In this document: in pieces, positions 1 through 11,402 of the stretch
Numbering within the stretch: the first letter of the stretch is position 1
Layout: each line of letters begins with the position of its first letter
NCBI RefSeq assembly: GCF_902459465.1
Contig: NC_047076.1
Location: 12,710,001 to 12,774,000, forward strand
DNA from: Asterias rubens
Lineage: Eukaryota
DNA: 64,000 nt
Reading direction: 5' to 3'
The notes under the pieces: model-generated
Seen by the model: the letters and a program-made list of their open reading frames with translations, nothing else
Database searches by the model: none
What the model was told of the DNA's origin: nothing
Made by a program: the position numbers and the translations under genes

Positions 1-1218
1 ACAATGATACTTTGTGAGAAGATACAAACTGTTTCATAAAGCTGTTACATTTATTTTAGACCCAGCAAGCAGTTTCTTCGAAAGGAAATAAGAAGGGGAC
101 ATTTTGGCGTGTTGTTAAAACAAGAGTCTGCATGGGAACGTTATAAATAACACAAAATGGCTTATTCCGTGCATGAACGGTTGAATGGATCATCTTTCTT
201 TCATCTTTGAAGCAGACTCAAGATTTGTAATCCTCCCCCATATTTATAAATATCGCCTTACAAAACATCAGAGTGATTATTCAAACAGCGGTATCATCCG
301 TAAACTTGAAAGATTAATTTCAGCTTATCTGACATCTTTATTTCTAATCCATGACACGGGCTGATACATTTCACCGTGATAAAAACACAAAACATGAAGG
401 ATTTTCAACTTAAATGGATCAATGCTTCCCTTTGGATGAAACGTAAACCAACTTAATATGACAAGTCTCCGAGTATTTTGTCATAAAACCAGAAGCATAC
501 ACAGATGCGACTTACAAAACAAAATCCATCGAGAATTTCGTCGAAGTAATAAACTCATTCTTTTAGCAAAATAACGTGGACTTAATTTCGTCGTGATGGA
601 AACAAATACCATGAAGGATTTGTGACTGAAGGATAAACGGATCCCTCAAGATAAAACGTCAACCAAAATAATATGACAAGTTTAAGAATAATTTCGATCT
701 TAAACTCAGAAGCATGTACAGGACTAGTGAAGACTTCTTTTTTTTTTTGCGCAAGATAAAAAGACATAATCTGTAAAAGTTTAAGCGCGTTGATGTAAAT
801 TCGCTCTATTGGAAAAACAACGTTAAATTGATGAGTCACACGCTGTTTTGTGAATGTTCGCCTGTCTTTCTTGTGAATGTGAACAATAATGTCTGCTTGA
901 GCTGTCTGGCTTTGGTTTAATGTGTGTAAATGAAAAGTTATGGAAATAAACTCAACTTCATGCTTCGATGGGGTACACGGTAATCATCGGCTTCACTGGT
1001 CCTGTACAACTTAAGCTGTACCGTGATTAGGTGCTGCGGTCATCAATGATTAGTTCTCTACTATTTCTGTCAGAGTAAAATTCCGTACAACTTATGTTGT
1101 TTTTATAAGATAAACAATGAATAGTTTTACTGTCATTGTTTTTTTTCGCCACAGCCATTTTCCTTGGCCGGAATGGCAAATTAGCAAGGACGTCCAGCTC
1201 AAGATGAACAGCCTTTAA

Positions 1219-1593
1219 AGGCAGTGGACACTATTGGTAATTACTCAAAATAATTATTGGCGTAAAACCTTTCTTGTTTACGAGTAATGGGGAGAGGTTG
1301 ATGGTATAAAACATTGTAAGAAATGGCTCCCTCTTAAGTGCCGTAGTTTTCGAGAAAGAAGTAATTTCCACGAATTTGATTTCGAGACCTCAGAATTAGA
1401 TTTTGAGGTCTTGAAATCAACTATCGAAACGCACACAACTTCGTGTGACAAGGGTATTTTTTCTTTCATTATTATCTCGCAAGTTCGATGACCGATTGAG
1501 CTCAAATTTTCACAGTTTAACATTTTATGCATATGTTGAGATACACCAACTGTGAAGGCTAGTCTTTGACAACACCGATAGTGTCCACTGCCT
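1219..1593. mobile_element. Non-autonomous TTAA-flanked MITE (Kolobok-type termini AGG...CCT), full length
   Basis: TTAA at 1215-1218 and 1594-1597; TIR AGGCAGTGGACACTAT(T/C)GGT; no coding capacity. Confidence 0.9.
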
Positions 1594-2837
1594 TTAATGA
1601 ACGCTCGATAAACTAAAACTCATAAGGTAAGTCTGTTTACAACTTCAGTTGTGTATAAGATAACCATTAATAGTCCTCCACTACATGTGTGTTCCTTGAA
1701 CGGAAGTGCAAATCAACTAGGACTTCCATCTCAAGGAAAGACTACTTTTCTAAAAGCTGTTAATTTTAACTGCTGGGTGTACTCCACTCGTTAAGTCCGC
1801 TTTATATCCGTATTATTGAATGAACCTCGGGAACCTATGACAGGTGTATTCTAGAGAGAGAGAAACATACAAGGATGGATTGATCGCTACTTCGTCACAG
1901 GATAATGGGATGTTCCAATTCGAGATCTCTTTAGATAGCTTCAATACCCTCGATCATTGTCTCGGGTTAAGGGATACTCATCATTTTCAGAGTGCTCTGA
2001 GGGCTGGCTGTCGTAAGTGGGTTTTGGAAACTTTAGCCTCGAGAGGCCATTTCAGACACAGCTGGATTTGATGTTGCTCCTGGGAGGAAATATAATGTCA
2101 AGTAAAGATCAAACATGTTTGCTGGAGCCAGTGATGGGGAAATGTTTTTACTGGAGATGTTGAAAAAGTCAATAATAATGCCCTGCTGCACAACGTTGTT
2201 TAAAGACAAGGAAGATGCTTTGGTGATGATAATTTTCTGTTGTGCTCGTTTGTGGTCATCACTTAAGCAGTCTTTTTGATAAACAGATTCTCTTTGGATG
2301 CTAACATGTTAACGATTTCTCCTATTCAGCTGATTTCTTCTCATATTAACTCAACATTTAAAAACACTATACCAAATCATTGAAAGTTTGTAATTTCCTC
2401 TTTTGTGGTGAATACAGGTTGGAAGATATATGTTTGTTTAGTGTCACTCTGTTCCTTTAACTGCTATTGCGGTTGATATTGCTTTGATACCGCTTAAATA
2501 CCACGTGTTGACATATCACGTTGTCCCAGATGAAATATTATAAGATGCAATATCATTTGTAAAGGCTTCGGGATCAGGACTTTAAAATCAATTGGGACTT
2601 GCATAGATGTAATGTTGTTTTGACAGTCTATTAACACCACCTATTTAACGAACTGCTAATGTCTATAACAACATTAATTATAAATGATGAAATGCATTCC
2701 TGATCTGCAGATTACAATGGAAATATTAAACGCTTTATGACGGCTGCCACAAGTGCAGTTATAAGCCTGTCGAAGGGTTTTGAGTACGCATAATAATTCG
2801 AGTGCTGGGAAAGGGGGAAAGTTGAAACATTGTTAAA

Positions 2838-2880
2838 GCTCCTGACGATGACGAGTAGCAAGCTAGTCGAAACGTTGAGA
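2838..2880 (+). ncRNA. Minimal type I hammerhead ribozyme motif (Penelope-associated type), core intact
   Basis: CTC-[CTGACGA]-T-stem II (GAC..TAGC aa GCTA GTC)-[GAAA]-CG-TT-GAG; stem I CTC/GAG; palindromic ACGT stem III. Confidence 0.65.
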
Positions 2881-5597
2881 CGAATTTAAGAACTGACTCC
2901 GCGGTAGTGCAGTTATCACGGTCCTATAACCTAAAGTACTAGTCCCAGTCTATGTATGTACCGTCCGCCCGGGTTATAGTTAAAAAAGCAGGACAGTTCT
3001 TTTCAGAACTGAGAAGTCTCCCGAACCCCCGAACAATTCTGCTCCGCGGTAGCAGAATTAAGAAAGACAGTTCTCTAAGAACAAACTCTTTTTGGCAATT
3101 ATATACACACATTGTGATTAAAGTTGGTTTTTTAATGAAATAGACAAATGACAAGTTGTATAGAGGAAAATGTTATTTTCTCAGCTCGCATCAAAACAAC
3201 AAGAAACATGCAATAATAGCAAAGTAAGTCTAATAGAAGTGCAGGCTATGTTTAATTTTCAGATTCGGGTCCTAGGGAAAAAGGAAAATAAAACTTCTTT
3301 AAACTGATGAATTAGACACTTTACAAACCATACAGGGAAAGGTTCTTTTTTTTCTCTAGCTTGCATTAATGTTATTATGCTACATAAGAGTGCTCTTACT
3401 TTAAGTGTGTCACATCCATGCATAAAGACTTCTTAACCTGGGGGTTCCGGGTGCAACACACGTCAGCCCTTCTCCCATTCGAGTGAGGATTAAACCTAAA
3501 AATTGCGGTTGGCTTTAAAGGTGGTGTAATAATAACTGAAGACTGTTGTTTAGGTGACTTGCTATGACCGTCTCGAGATAGTGGGAATTGGGTGTGAACA
3601 TTTGGATTGATCTGAACCATGTGACACATGGTGACAATTATTTGTATTTGTATTTATTTTTAAGCCCTTGTGACTCAGAGTAAATTTTCATAGGTCTACA
3701 TTCGTATGTTTTATAACGTTGGTTACTGCAAAAAACTGGGGGTTGATTTTGAAACCATGGGTGTTGCAATATACTATAAGATACCCAGGAGAGAATAAAC
3801 ACCATTGGATACATTTAATAGCAGATAATGTGGTAATATTTCAACAGACCTTGGTTTAGTTTTTGATTTTAATTTTAAATTTAAATGTGCAAGTTTGACA
3901 CCCAAGTTTTCGAAGGGTCAAAATCAACATTCAAACTTTATTTATTTGCCTATCGATTTTTGTCTTTTTTTGTACCAAGGGTAGCCCCATCAAATGCCAA
4001 TGAACTGTTCTCCCTGGCGGCCCAAATCATTTTTATCAAGCAAAGATATTGTGTTTATACGGCCGACGTGGACAGATTCGATGGCATTACACTTAAAATT
4101 GTCATTTAAGTAGGAACGTTCATTCAATGCAAGATTAGTTTTAATTGAAAATATAAACGGTGACCTTTGCGTTGATTGAAAGCTTTGGTCTTCAGATTTC
4201 TTAGGATTATGTTCTTTTACAGAAAATGAACGATGAACCTTGACAGAGTGCGTATTCTTTATACACACGAAGACGTCGCATGTGTGAGGAGTAATATTTT
4301 ATTGTGGAAGCTAAAGAACTTGTTTGTAGATTTATGAATCATCTTCAGCTCACTGCCGGGGACAAGGCAGACCCCACCCGACAGCTTTTTTGAAGAAAGT
4401 AAAAATAACAATTTAACAAAATAATAAAATCATTTTTTAAAATTATTTTTCACTTACAAAATCTGACCATCAGACACTCTTAAAACTTCCGGGTCAGAAT
4501 ATTGACCCGGAACTGGTTCCCCTTGAACTGACCCCTTTACAGATCAGAATGACCCGAAATCTAAGTCAGACTGGCCCAGGAGAGGGTCGAGTTGGCGCGA
4601 AATCTGAGTTGAACCATCACTTTTCGGCCCTGATCTTAAAAAGGTCCAGGCCCCCTTGGACCCCGAACCGTGGTCGATTGTGAACCGTTTTTCTTTTACG
4701 TATACGCTAGTTTAGTTCGTCAACACACACATCCCTGGTTATAGTTCTGTACGTTTCGAGAAACCCCCCCCCCCCCATATAGGGCTAAAGTTACTGTACT
4801 TTATTTAACGAAGCTTTATAGATACTTGTCGTTGTGTTTATGTTTGTCAGTATGATCTGCCATGCAATCTCCATGTTTGATGTAAACATTGGGACATGAA
4901 GTACACTGAATACTGCACTTCGAATGTGCATTAATTACTTTCTATAATTTATAGAAGCCTCGATCAGCTTGGAATAGTCGTCATGTACGATATACCTGGG
5001 GAAACGAATAACAAACCGCATTTGTAGAGTACCATAACACTTTGTTTCTGAAAACATAAATTTAATTTGACTTCCCGGTGTATATGTAACCTATTCCTCA
5101 TAATGAATTACATTTTTCTATTAAAACACAATAACAAATTAACCTCTTAACATTCAGACCCTTATTAAGTGCTACATAATTCGGTTCCATTCATACAAAC
5201 TTCAAAACCTTCTATCAAAAAAAAGTGTTTTTCTTTTGTCCAAGCGCCTTGAGCACGTTACTGGCGGACGTGCGATAAGACTCCAATCTGTGTAACAGTA
5301 GTATGATATACCAAAATATCTAATATGACATTTTTGACACTCTATGTATACACAAGTTTACTATCAAGCCCCTGTAAAAATTTTATCCACTGGCGACACA
5401 AATATATGCTTCCTAATAGTCACAACCATCTGCTTATTGCCTAAAGACATTGCTGTTCTGAAGAACAAAAAAATGAAAATCAACGGTCGATCGTTGCCGA
5501 ACCATCTTGCACTGAAACGTCTTACATAGGCGAATGCCTACCGCGACTACATGCACGTAGTGATTACGGCAATAGTATTCATAATAATTTTTCTTAA

Positions 5598-5690
5598 AGG
5601 CACTGAACACATTTGGTATTTGATCAGGACCAGTATCCTCACTCGGTTTGTTCCAGCATTATGCATAAAATAACAAACCTGTGAAAAATT
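5598..5690. mobile_element. Truncated copy of the TTAA MITE
   Basis: TTAA then AGGCACTGAACAC...ATGCATAAAATAACAAACCTGTGAAAA. Confidence 0.6.
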
Positions 5691-5715
5691 TAACAGAAAA
5701 GTAGATGAACAACAA

Positions 5716-6050
5716 CGCTGATATAATTGGGGCGTCTTTGTCAATACTGATGAATAATTTCCCCCTTTAATCAAATGTGAGTATTTGTTTGCAACACAGT
5801 AATCTGTAGTCCATGTATACATGTCACGTTGCCAAAGTGTCTTTTACGACTCTTAGAGTCTTACTCTATTCCTTGAGCTTATGAACAGAAAATCACTTAT
5901 AATTGGGGCATTTTTGCCAATACTTATTGCAGAATGATCCCCCTTTATGAAATGTGAGTATTTGACCGCTACGTTGTTTGCAACACAGAATTCTGGTCGA
6001 TAGTCCCTGTATACATGTCACGTTGCCTAAGAGTATCTTATGGCGACCCA
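5716..6050. repeat. ~180-bp tandem duplication
   Basis: tataattggggc..ccccttta..aaatgtgagtatttg..gtttgcaacacag..tgtatacatgtcacgttgcc occurs twice. Confidence 0.7.
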
Positions 6051-8888
6051 CTGAAGAGCCCTTTGCAGTATTCGCTCGAACCAACAGTATCCCCTGAGCA
6101 GTTTATCTGGAACAATTAAAGATTGATCCCCAGGGAAACGGAACCATTCATAACTAGACATGCAGTTTTGTAAAAATAAACACTAGGTCAAAGATTGATT
6201 TGTATAGTGGGAGAATATAATTACAGATATATGAAATATGCTAAATATTAACGTCAAAACCAATGAATACCGCTTTCCTTACCAAACAAATATATAACCT
6301 TGAATTTTTGGTTTGGACAGGAATCGAGATATATTTAATCAGGTCATTAACAAATACAACTGAGATATCGGTATTCAAAATAAAACTATACGAAAGAAGT
6401 AAGAAGATACAATAACACAGTATTAATAATATTTAAATTGCACAACAACGCTAAAGGATGCTATTATGGATGCTGGCAAATGCAGATACTTCCAAGAAAC
6501 TAACAGTAATTTCCATTGTGAAGAATTTTACTTTTACTTGGAACTTCTGGTTGGATACGCAGCGAGATTTGTGGAAATTTATATGATTTCTGCCTTGCAG
6601 TTATTATCGAGTAGAAGAGAGTTTTATAACAAATCTCCCCAAAACCAACTCGAGGTGCGGTTAAATATAAGGTTACGTCAAAGTTTAAAGTGAAAAGGAA
6701 TTATGTAAACGTACCGTTGGCATTTTGTCGTAATAGTCATCATTCTCTGGGATTGTACGTGACTTTTCCCGTATACATAAAACCAACGAATACTTTGATT
6801 CAATGGCTAGCTAAAGTTTAACATTTCCCAATCAGTTTTATGCAGCTCTGCAAATATTGGCTCGGTAAGATTTGGCACGGACGTCTGAAAACCAAACCAC
6901 CGTGATTAAACGGTGGAGGCTGTTAGCCTAATATTTTGTTCCTCTTCTTGGACATTGTCGTTAACAGCTTGAGGGAAGTCTAATTACAGTCTACATGAAT
7001 GACTGGGCATCATCACACATCCAAATCTTAGTTATGAATGATGCTCGAGGGTGCCAATACAGAATATAATAACCCATGAGCTAGAAGAGTAGAAGACATC
7101 ACGAATAATCGAATGGTTTGGTTCAGTCACGTTTTTTCTCAGCAATTCTGAGTTTGTCTTAAAGTGCGAATTAAACCGTCGGTCCTGTTGGCGATATAGG
7201 TTGGTTTGATTTTGTAGTATGTGGCACAGAATCAGTGAGTCGTTGAACGAGGTTGACTTGCCTGTTTTATTTAGAGAACGAGGTTGGCTTAATGTTTGTT
7301 TGTTAAGAATTTTACACTTGTATCTTTTTAAATAACTCTGTTCGAATTACTGTTGGTATCAGCCATCTTTTTGGTTTGATCTTCAATAACATTATAATAT
7401 TGATAAACAAGAGAAGTGTACAAGTGTAGTAAGAATGATTTCTCTGAAGGGACATAACTTGAATTTTTCAAGCATTTACGATTTTACCGCCTTATCTGCA
7501 TCAAATATAGTCAGCATAACTGTAGAATTTACAGTTTTGCCTGAGTTAATGATGATGTATCTTTAAATGTAAGCCGATACGCTTTTCAGTCTCAAGGAAA
7601 CAGCCCACCCGTAAAAGTGTCAAGAAAGTAACTGCACTCCTGCTGTTAAGATTCATCCCTTTACCCCGGACATCGACGTTCTCGAGTAGTTTAAAAGCGA
7701 TAATAGCACTTCATGTGTGCATTCCCGCAAGTAAACGTATTGCATTACATGTATTTTGCTGTCACAGACTACGTAACCTGCGACATTATAAATATGTTTA
7801 CAAAAGAGCCACATAGCCTGGACTTGCTGCTACACAGCACACTGAATGAAACACAGAATATTTACTGTTTGATTTCTAAATACATCTTTACAAACAAATT
7901 CAATTTTGTTGCTCTCATGTTCGGTACCTTCTGGAGACCAAGGTCAAAACAAAAAGGGAAAATAAAAGGACCTCATTGGGAAATTCTAAAGACCGGGGTT
8001 CCCCACAAGGAATTGTGTGTACAAAGTCTATGGGGATATCTTCAGTACAGTGACAATGGAAAAACAAAAGATGTCTCCACACATGGATTCAAAGGAGGGA
8101 ATGCTTGAAGTTAACTTGTTTGTTGATCAATTCTTATGCACAATAATCAAGTTTTATTTCAACGAACGAGTGATCTTTTTTGGTGAAACTCTTTCCAGAG
8201 ATCCTGCCTTTTTTTCAATTGTTTGACATGCGAGTTCGAAAGAGACCACACTGACTCTTTTTAGAGCCAGCCCTCCCACACTAGAGATTTACTTATGGTT
8301 GTACCTGCAAGTTTACTATTCATTTTTGTAGTTTCTTCCTATTTGAATTTCTGTCACTCTATACTGCTGACACCAAAACAAGAGATAGGGGGCCTATCAT
8401 GCACACATCTCAATTGATATAACATAATGTTTCCGTCACTGCATGCACGCTAGTATGACGCCATGGCCAGCCAGGCATGTTCTGAGGACAGGATGTGCAA
8501 AATGCTCTCCGCATGTGTGACTGCATTAAAGCAACACTTGCGGACGTTTGCCAATGTATGGGCTAGCTCCTTGCGGTAGAGGCCTATATCGAATTGAACT
8601 CGTCAGCATTTCTCCCGATACATTAACACACAAGTCCGAGTTGCCTGAACATCTGACGTCACATCACACTTCGAGGCTCGTGAGTAACGCCAGAGAGAGT
8701 GGACTCTAGCCTAGGTCGATCCCCGTCCATAGTCGCCTTTAACCTACATTCATTTTACTTTTAGAGATACGCAGGCAACTTCTGCACCAACATTCATTGC
8801 ATGCAAGTACATGTAGATGTCGGAACATAATTATGTGGCAGTGCATGCAGACGAGCGAAGAAAGTAAGCTTTCCATACCTGTGTTGTG

Positions 8889-9032
8889 ATTGGTAAGCTT
8901 ACGCCTGTCCACGTTTATCCAATCAAATCGTATCCAATTATTCATTGGTTGTGGATACCAGTACCAGTCCGACCAGTACACTTCGCAACTTTAATGCAAC
9001 CGCGTGCGGTTTATAACGCCCGCTGTGATTGG
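8889..9032. promoter_or_regulatory. Cluster of five CCAAT/ATTGG boxes in a CpG-rich stretch; candidate promoter
   Basis: ATTGG 8889, CCAAT 8919, CCAAT 8934, ATTGG near 8944, ATTGG 9028; CpG-rich sequence continues to ~9200. Confidence 0.35.
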
Positions 9033-10373
9033 CTGCACCCCGTACCGGTCACCGCAAAAGTATGCGCGGCAATATTTCAACGCAGTTTTGATCACGGGGC
9101 TGTATTTTTATAGTATCGATCGCAGCACCCGACCATGCCGTTTTCGTCATCCGTCGTCTGGAATCGCTGAACGCAACGTCAGTTTTTAGAAAACCTAGTA
9201 GTACATATAGACGGTTAGTTGTCTGATCTAAGCACAGCAGTCGGTCAGCCGTGTTTCTTTCAGCTGCCGATACCTACACCGCATGTACCCGAGCAGGTGA
9301 GCGTCCAGTGTGTACGAACTAAGTCTGAATGCCTGCGATCAACCTCTGAGATATTTCTCCTGACATCGTCACCTGCAGTTGCACTGCACATCACACTGAG
9401 ATGTCGACCTAACTTACTTTCAGAAAACTGACTGACCTTTATGTTGTATATGCTTGATATGCTTGTGTTTGCAATACACAGGCTGTGCATATAGAGCGGA
9501 TGGTATTTTGTCCACCCGAACTGCATATTATTGTGTGTCTGCGGCACAGTGATTAAACGCAAAATCAAGAATACATCTGAAAAATGTCTTTTAGTTCAAA
9601 AGGTATGAGAAGGTCTACATGGCTTTTGAATTGAGTGGCCTGCGGGTATAGCACACAGCTGCTGTCCGCGCTTTGCTTTCGTTGTACGGCAACCTATAAT
9701 CTCGCTCAATTGCGGAGCCCTGCCCGAGTGTTGTGTGTACGATTGCTGCGCAGTGCTGAACTGCATTGAGGCTAGGCCACAAGTATTGTAATCTCCGACG
9801 TAGACGCTGCTACATGCTACACCTACAACTATACTACACACTGAGCAACGACTACTGATGCTACACATCCACATCATTGTGCCGAGTGGAGGACTGCCAA
9901 CACTGATGCCACGACAGGCCTGCCAATTATTCTGCTCTTCGTCCCCGGGATAAGCGAGCCGTAAACAAGCCAATTTTCATGCTCATTTTCTAGACAACCC
10001 GTAGCCGACAATCCTGACGCATGTTTTTTTCATCCAAGTAGGAGAAAGAGATAGACACGAACCACCCCACTAAACATCACCAGCTCAACCAGGGATACCA
10101 CGCGGGTTCCCCCAGCTAGACTAATTCTAATCAATGTACGTTGTTCACTAAGGGAACAGATGAGGCCGAGCTTTTGTTTTGTTGACGGATTTAACTCATC
10201 GACGAGTACGAGTCTTGACTGATTGGAATTTTCTCAAGGCGAATTTGTTCGAGTGGACGCTTCTCGCTGTTCTTTTCACTTACCTTGACCGGGTGCATTA
10301 ACTTACACACAAACGGATCCCGAATTTGTTTGAAGTAGATACGCCAATCTTGTTAGTGACATTCACGTCTCAG

Positions 10374-10890
10374 GTGAGAATTGCTTAGGCAAACGGCGCT
10401 TTCAATTCGGCAGCAGAAATAACATGATGAATACAAACTAACGCCACAAGAGATTTCTCGCCCGCCAGAGGAACAACTTCGTGAGAAAACATTTTGACTA
10501 ATTGTGTTCTGTCAAAAAGGACAGCATTGTGTTATTGTAGCGTGTGTTTTCTCATGTATACATTAATTTGGCACTGCAGTGCAGTTTGTACACACTTTTC
10601 AAGGAGGAACAACTTCGTGAGAAAACATTTCCACTGATTGTAAAAAGAGGAAAGCATTGTAACGTGTGCTCTCTCATGTATACATTTTGTTTTGACCATG
10701 CAGTTTGGCTTTTCTCAAGTGTATTTTTTCTTAAAGCAACGTTGTCAGTAATGAGTTGATATATTCTGAGAGCAAGACTGCCTAAAATAAATCCGGCTTC
10801 AGTTTACACACAGCAAACGTCAGTGGCTTTCCTCGCTCAGTGTAATTACAGAACACTTGACATATTCAACTCCATCATAATATTCTGCAG
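10374..10890 (+). other. Putative 5'-UTR intron of the 11040 gene
   Basis: Donor CAG|GTGAGA at 10373/10374 and acceptor tattctgcag| at 10890, 149 nt before the ATG. Confidence 0.5.
10467..10690. repeat. ~138-bp-spaced direct repeat in the putative 5'-UTR intron
   Basis: gaggaacaacttcgtgagaaaacattt..ctcatgtatacatt occurs twice. Confidence 0.7.
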
Positions 10891-10982
10891 AACAACCAGA
10901 CAGTTGTCGCCACAGTGAGTCCAGATTAAGGAAAGAAGTCTGCAAGAATCCCAGTGCTTTTCAATTGTCACAGTGGAGTTGC

Positions 10983-10997
10983 ATGGAGGGATTTTGA
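10983..10997 (+). promoter_or_regulatory. Upstream mini-ORF (MEGF*) in the 5' UTR of the 11040 gene
   Basis: ATG GAG GGA TTT TGA in a weak Kozak context (T at -3), 57 nt upstream of the main ATG. Confidence 0.45.
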
Positions 10998-11039
10998 AGT
11001 AGCAGCAATAAACTAAAAGCAAGGTTACGAAGATCAACG

Positions 11040-11402
11040 ATGGACGGGTTTTTACGGAGATTGACGCGGCTCCACCGCCGCGATCTCCCGGTGGACCCTG
11101 AGCCTACAGTCCGGTCCTCACCATCATCCGGACTTCTGGACTACATACTTTCATCAACCACGACCCCGGACTATCCGGAGAACTTCACTCTCACAAATGA
11201 AACTGCTTCGACGATGAGCTTTCCAATGACTACTGGGGACGAGGATGGACATGTGCGAAGCAACGATGCCTTCCCGTTATCTTCTTTCGCAGTGATTAAA
11301 GCGGTCGTGCTGGCCGTTGTGCTTGGGATCCTACTCTTAACGAGTTGTAGAGTGGTTGGGAAAATCATTTGCAAGAATTCGTCTAAAGATCAATCGCAGT
11401 AA
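11040..11402 (+). CDS. 120-aa single-pass membrane protein (Ser/Thr-rich N-terminus, N-glycosylation sequons, C-terminal TM helix); family not recognised
   Basis: Strong Kozak context (acgATGG); GC-richer than the flanks; TM segment FAVIKAVVLAVVLGILLLTSC (83-103) followed by basic residues; sequons N48FT and N53ET. Confidence 0.75.
   Translation: MDGFLRRLTRLHRRDLPVDPEPTVRSSPSSGLLDYILSSTTTPDYPENFTLTNETASTMSFPMTTGDEDGHVRSNDAFPLSSFAVIKAVVLAVVLGILLLTSCRVVGKIICKNSSKDQSQ

Noticed and set aside
1278-1532. ORFs inside TTAA MITE copies (also 19946-20168, 28896-29078, 37100-37480)
   Set aside because: They are not conserved in frame between copies and show no transposase motifs; the element is non-coding.
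1844-2340. Coding-looking island
   Set aside because: Every frame has stops within ~100 codons and no motif was recognisable; it may be an old relic but cannot be supported.
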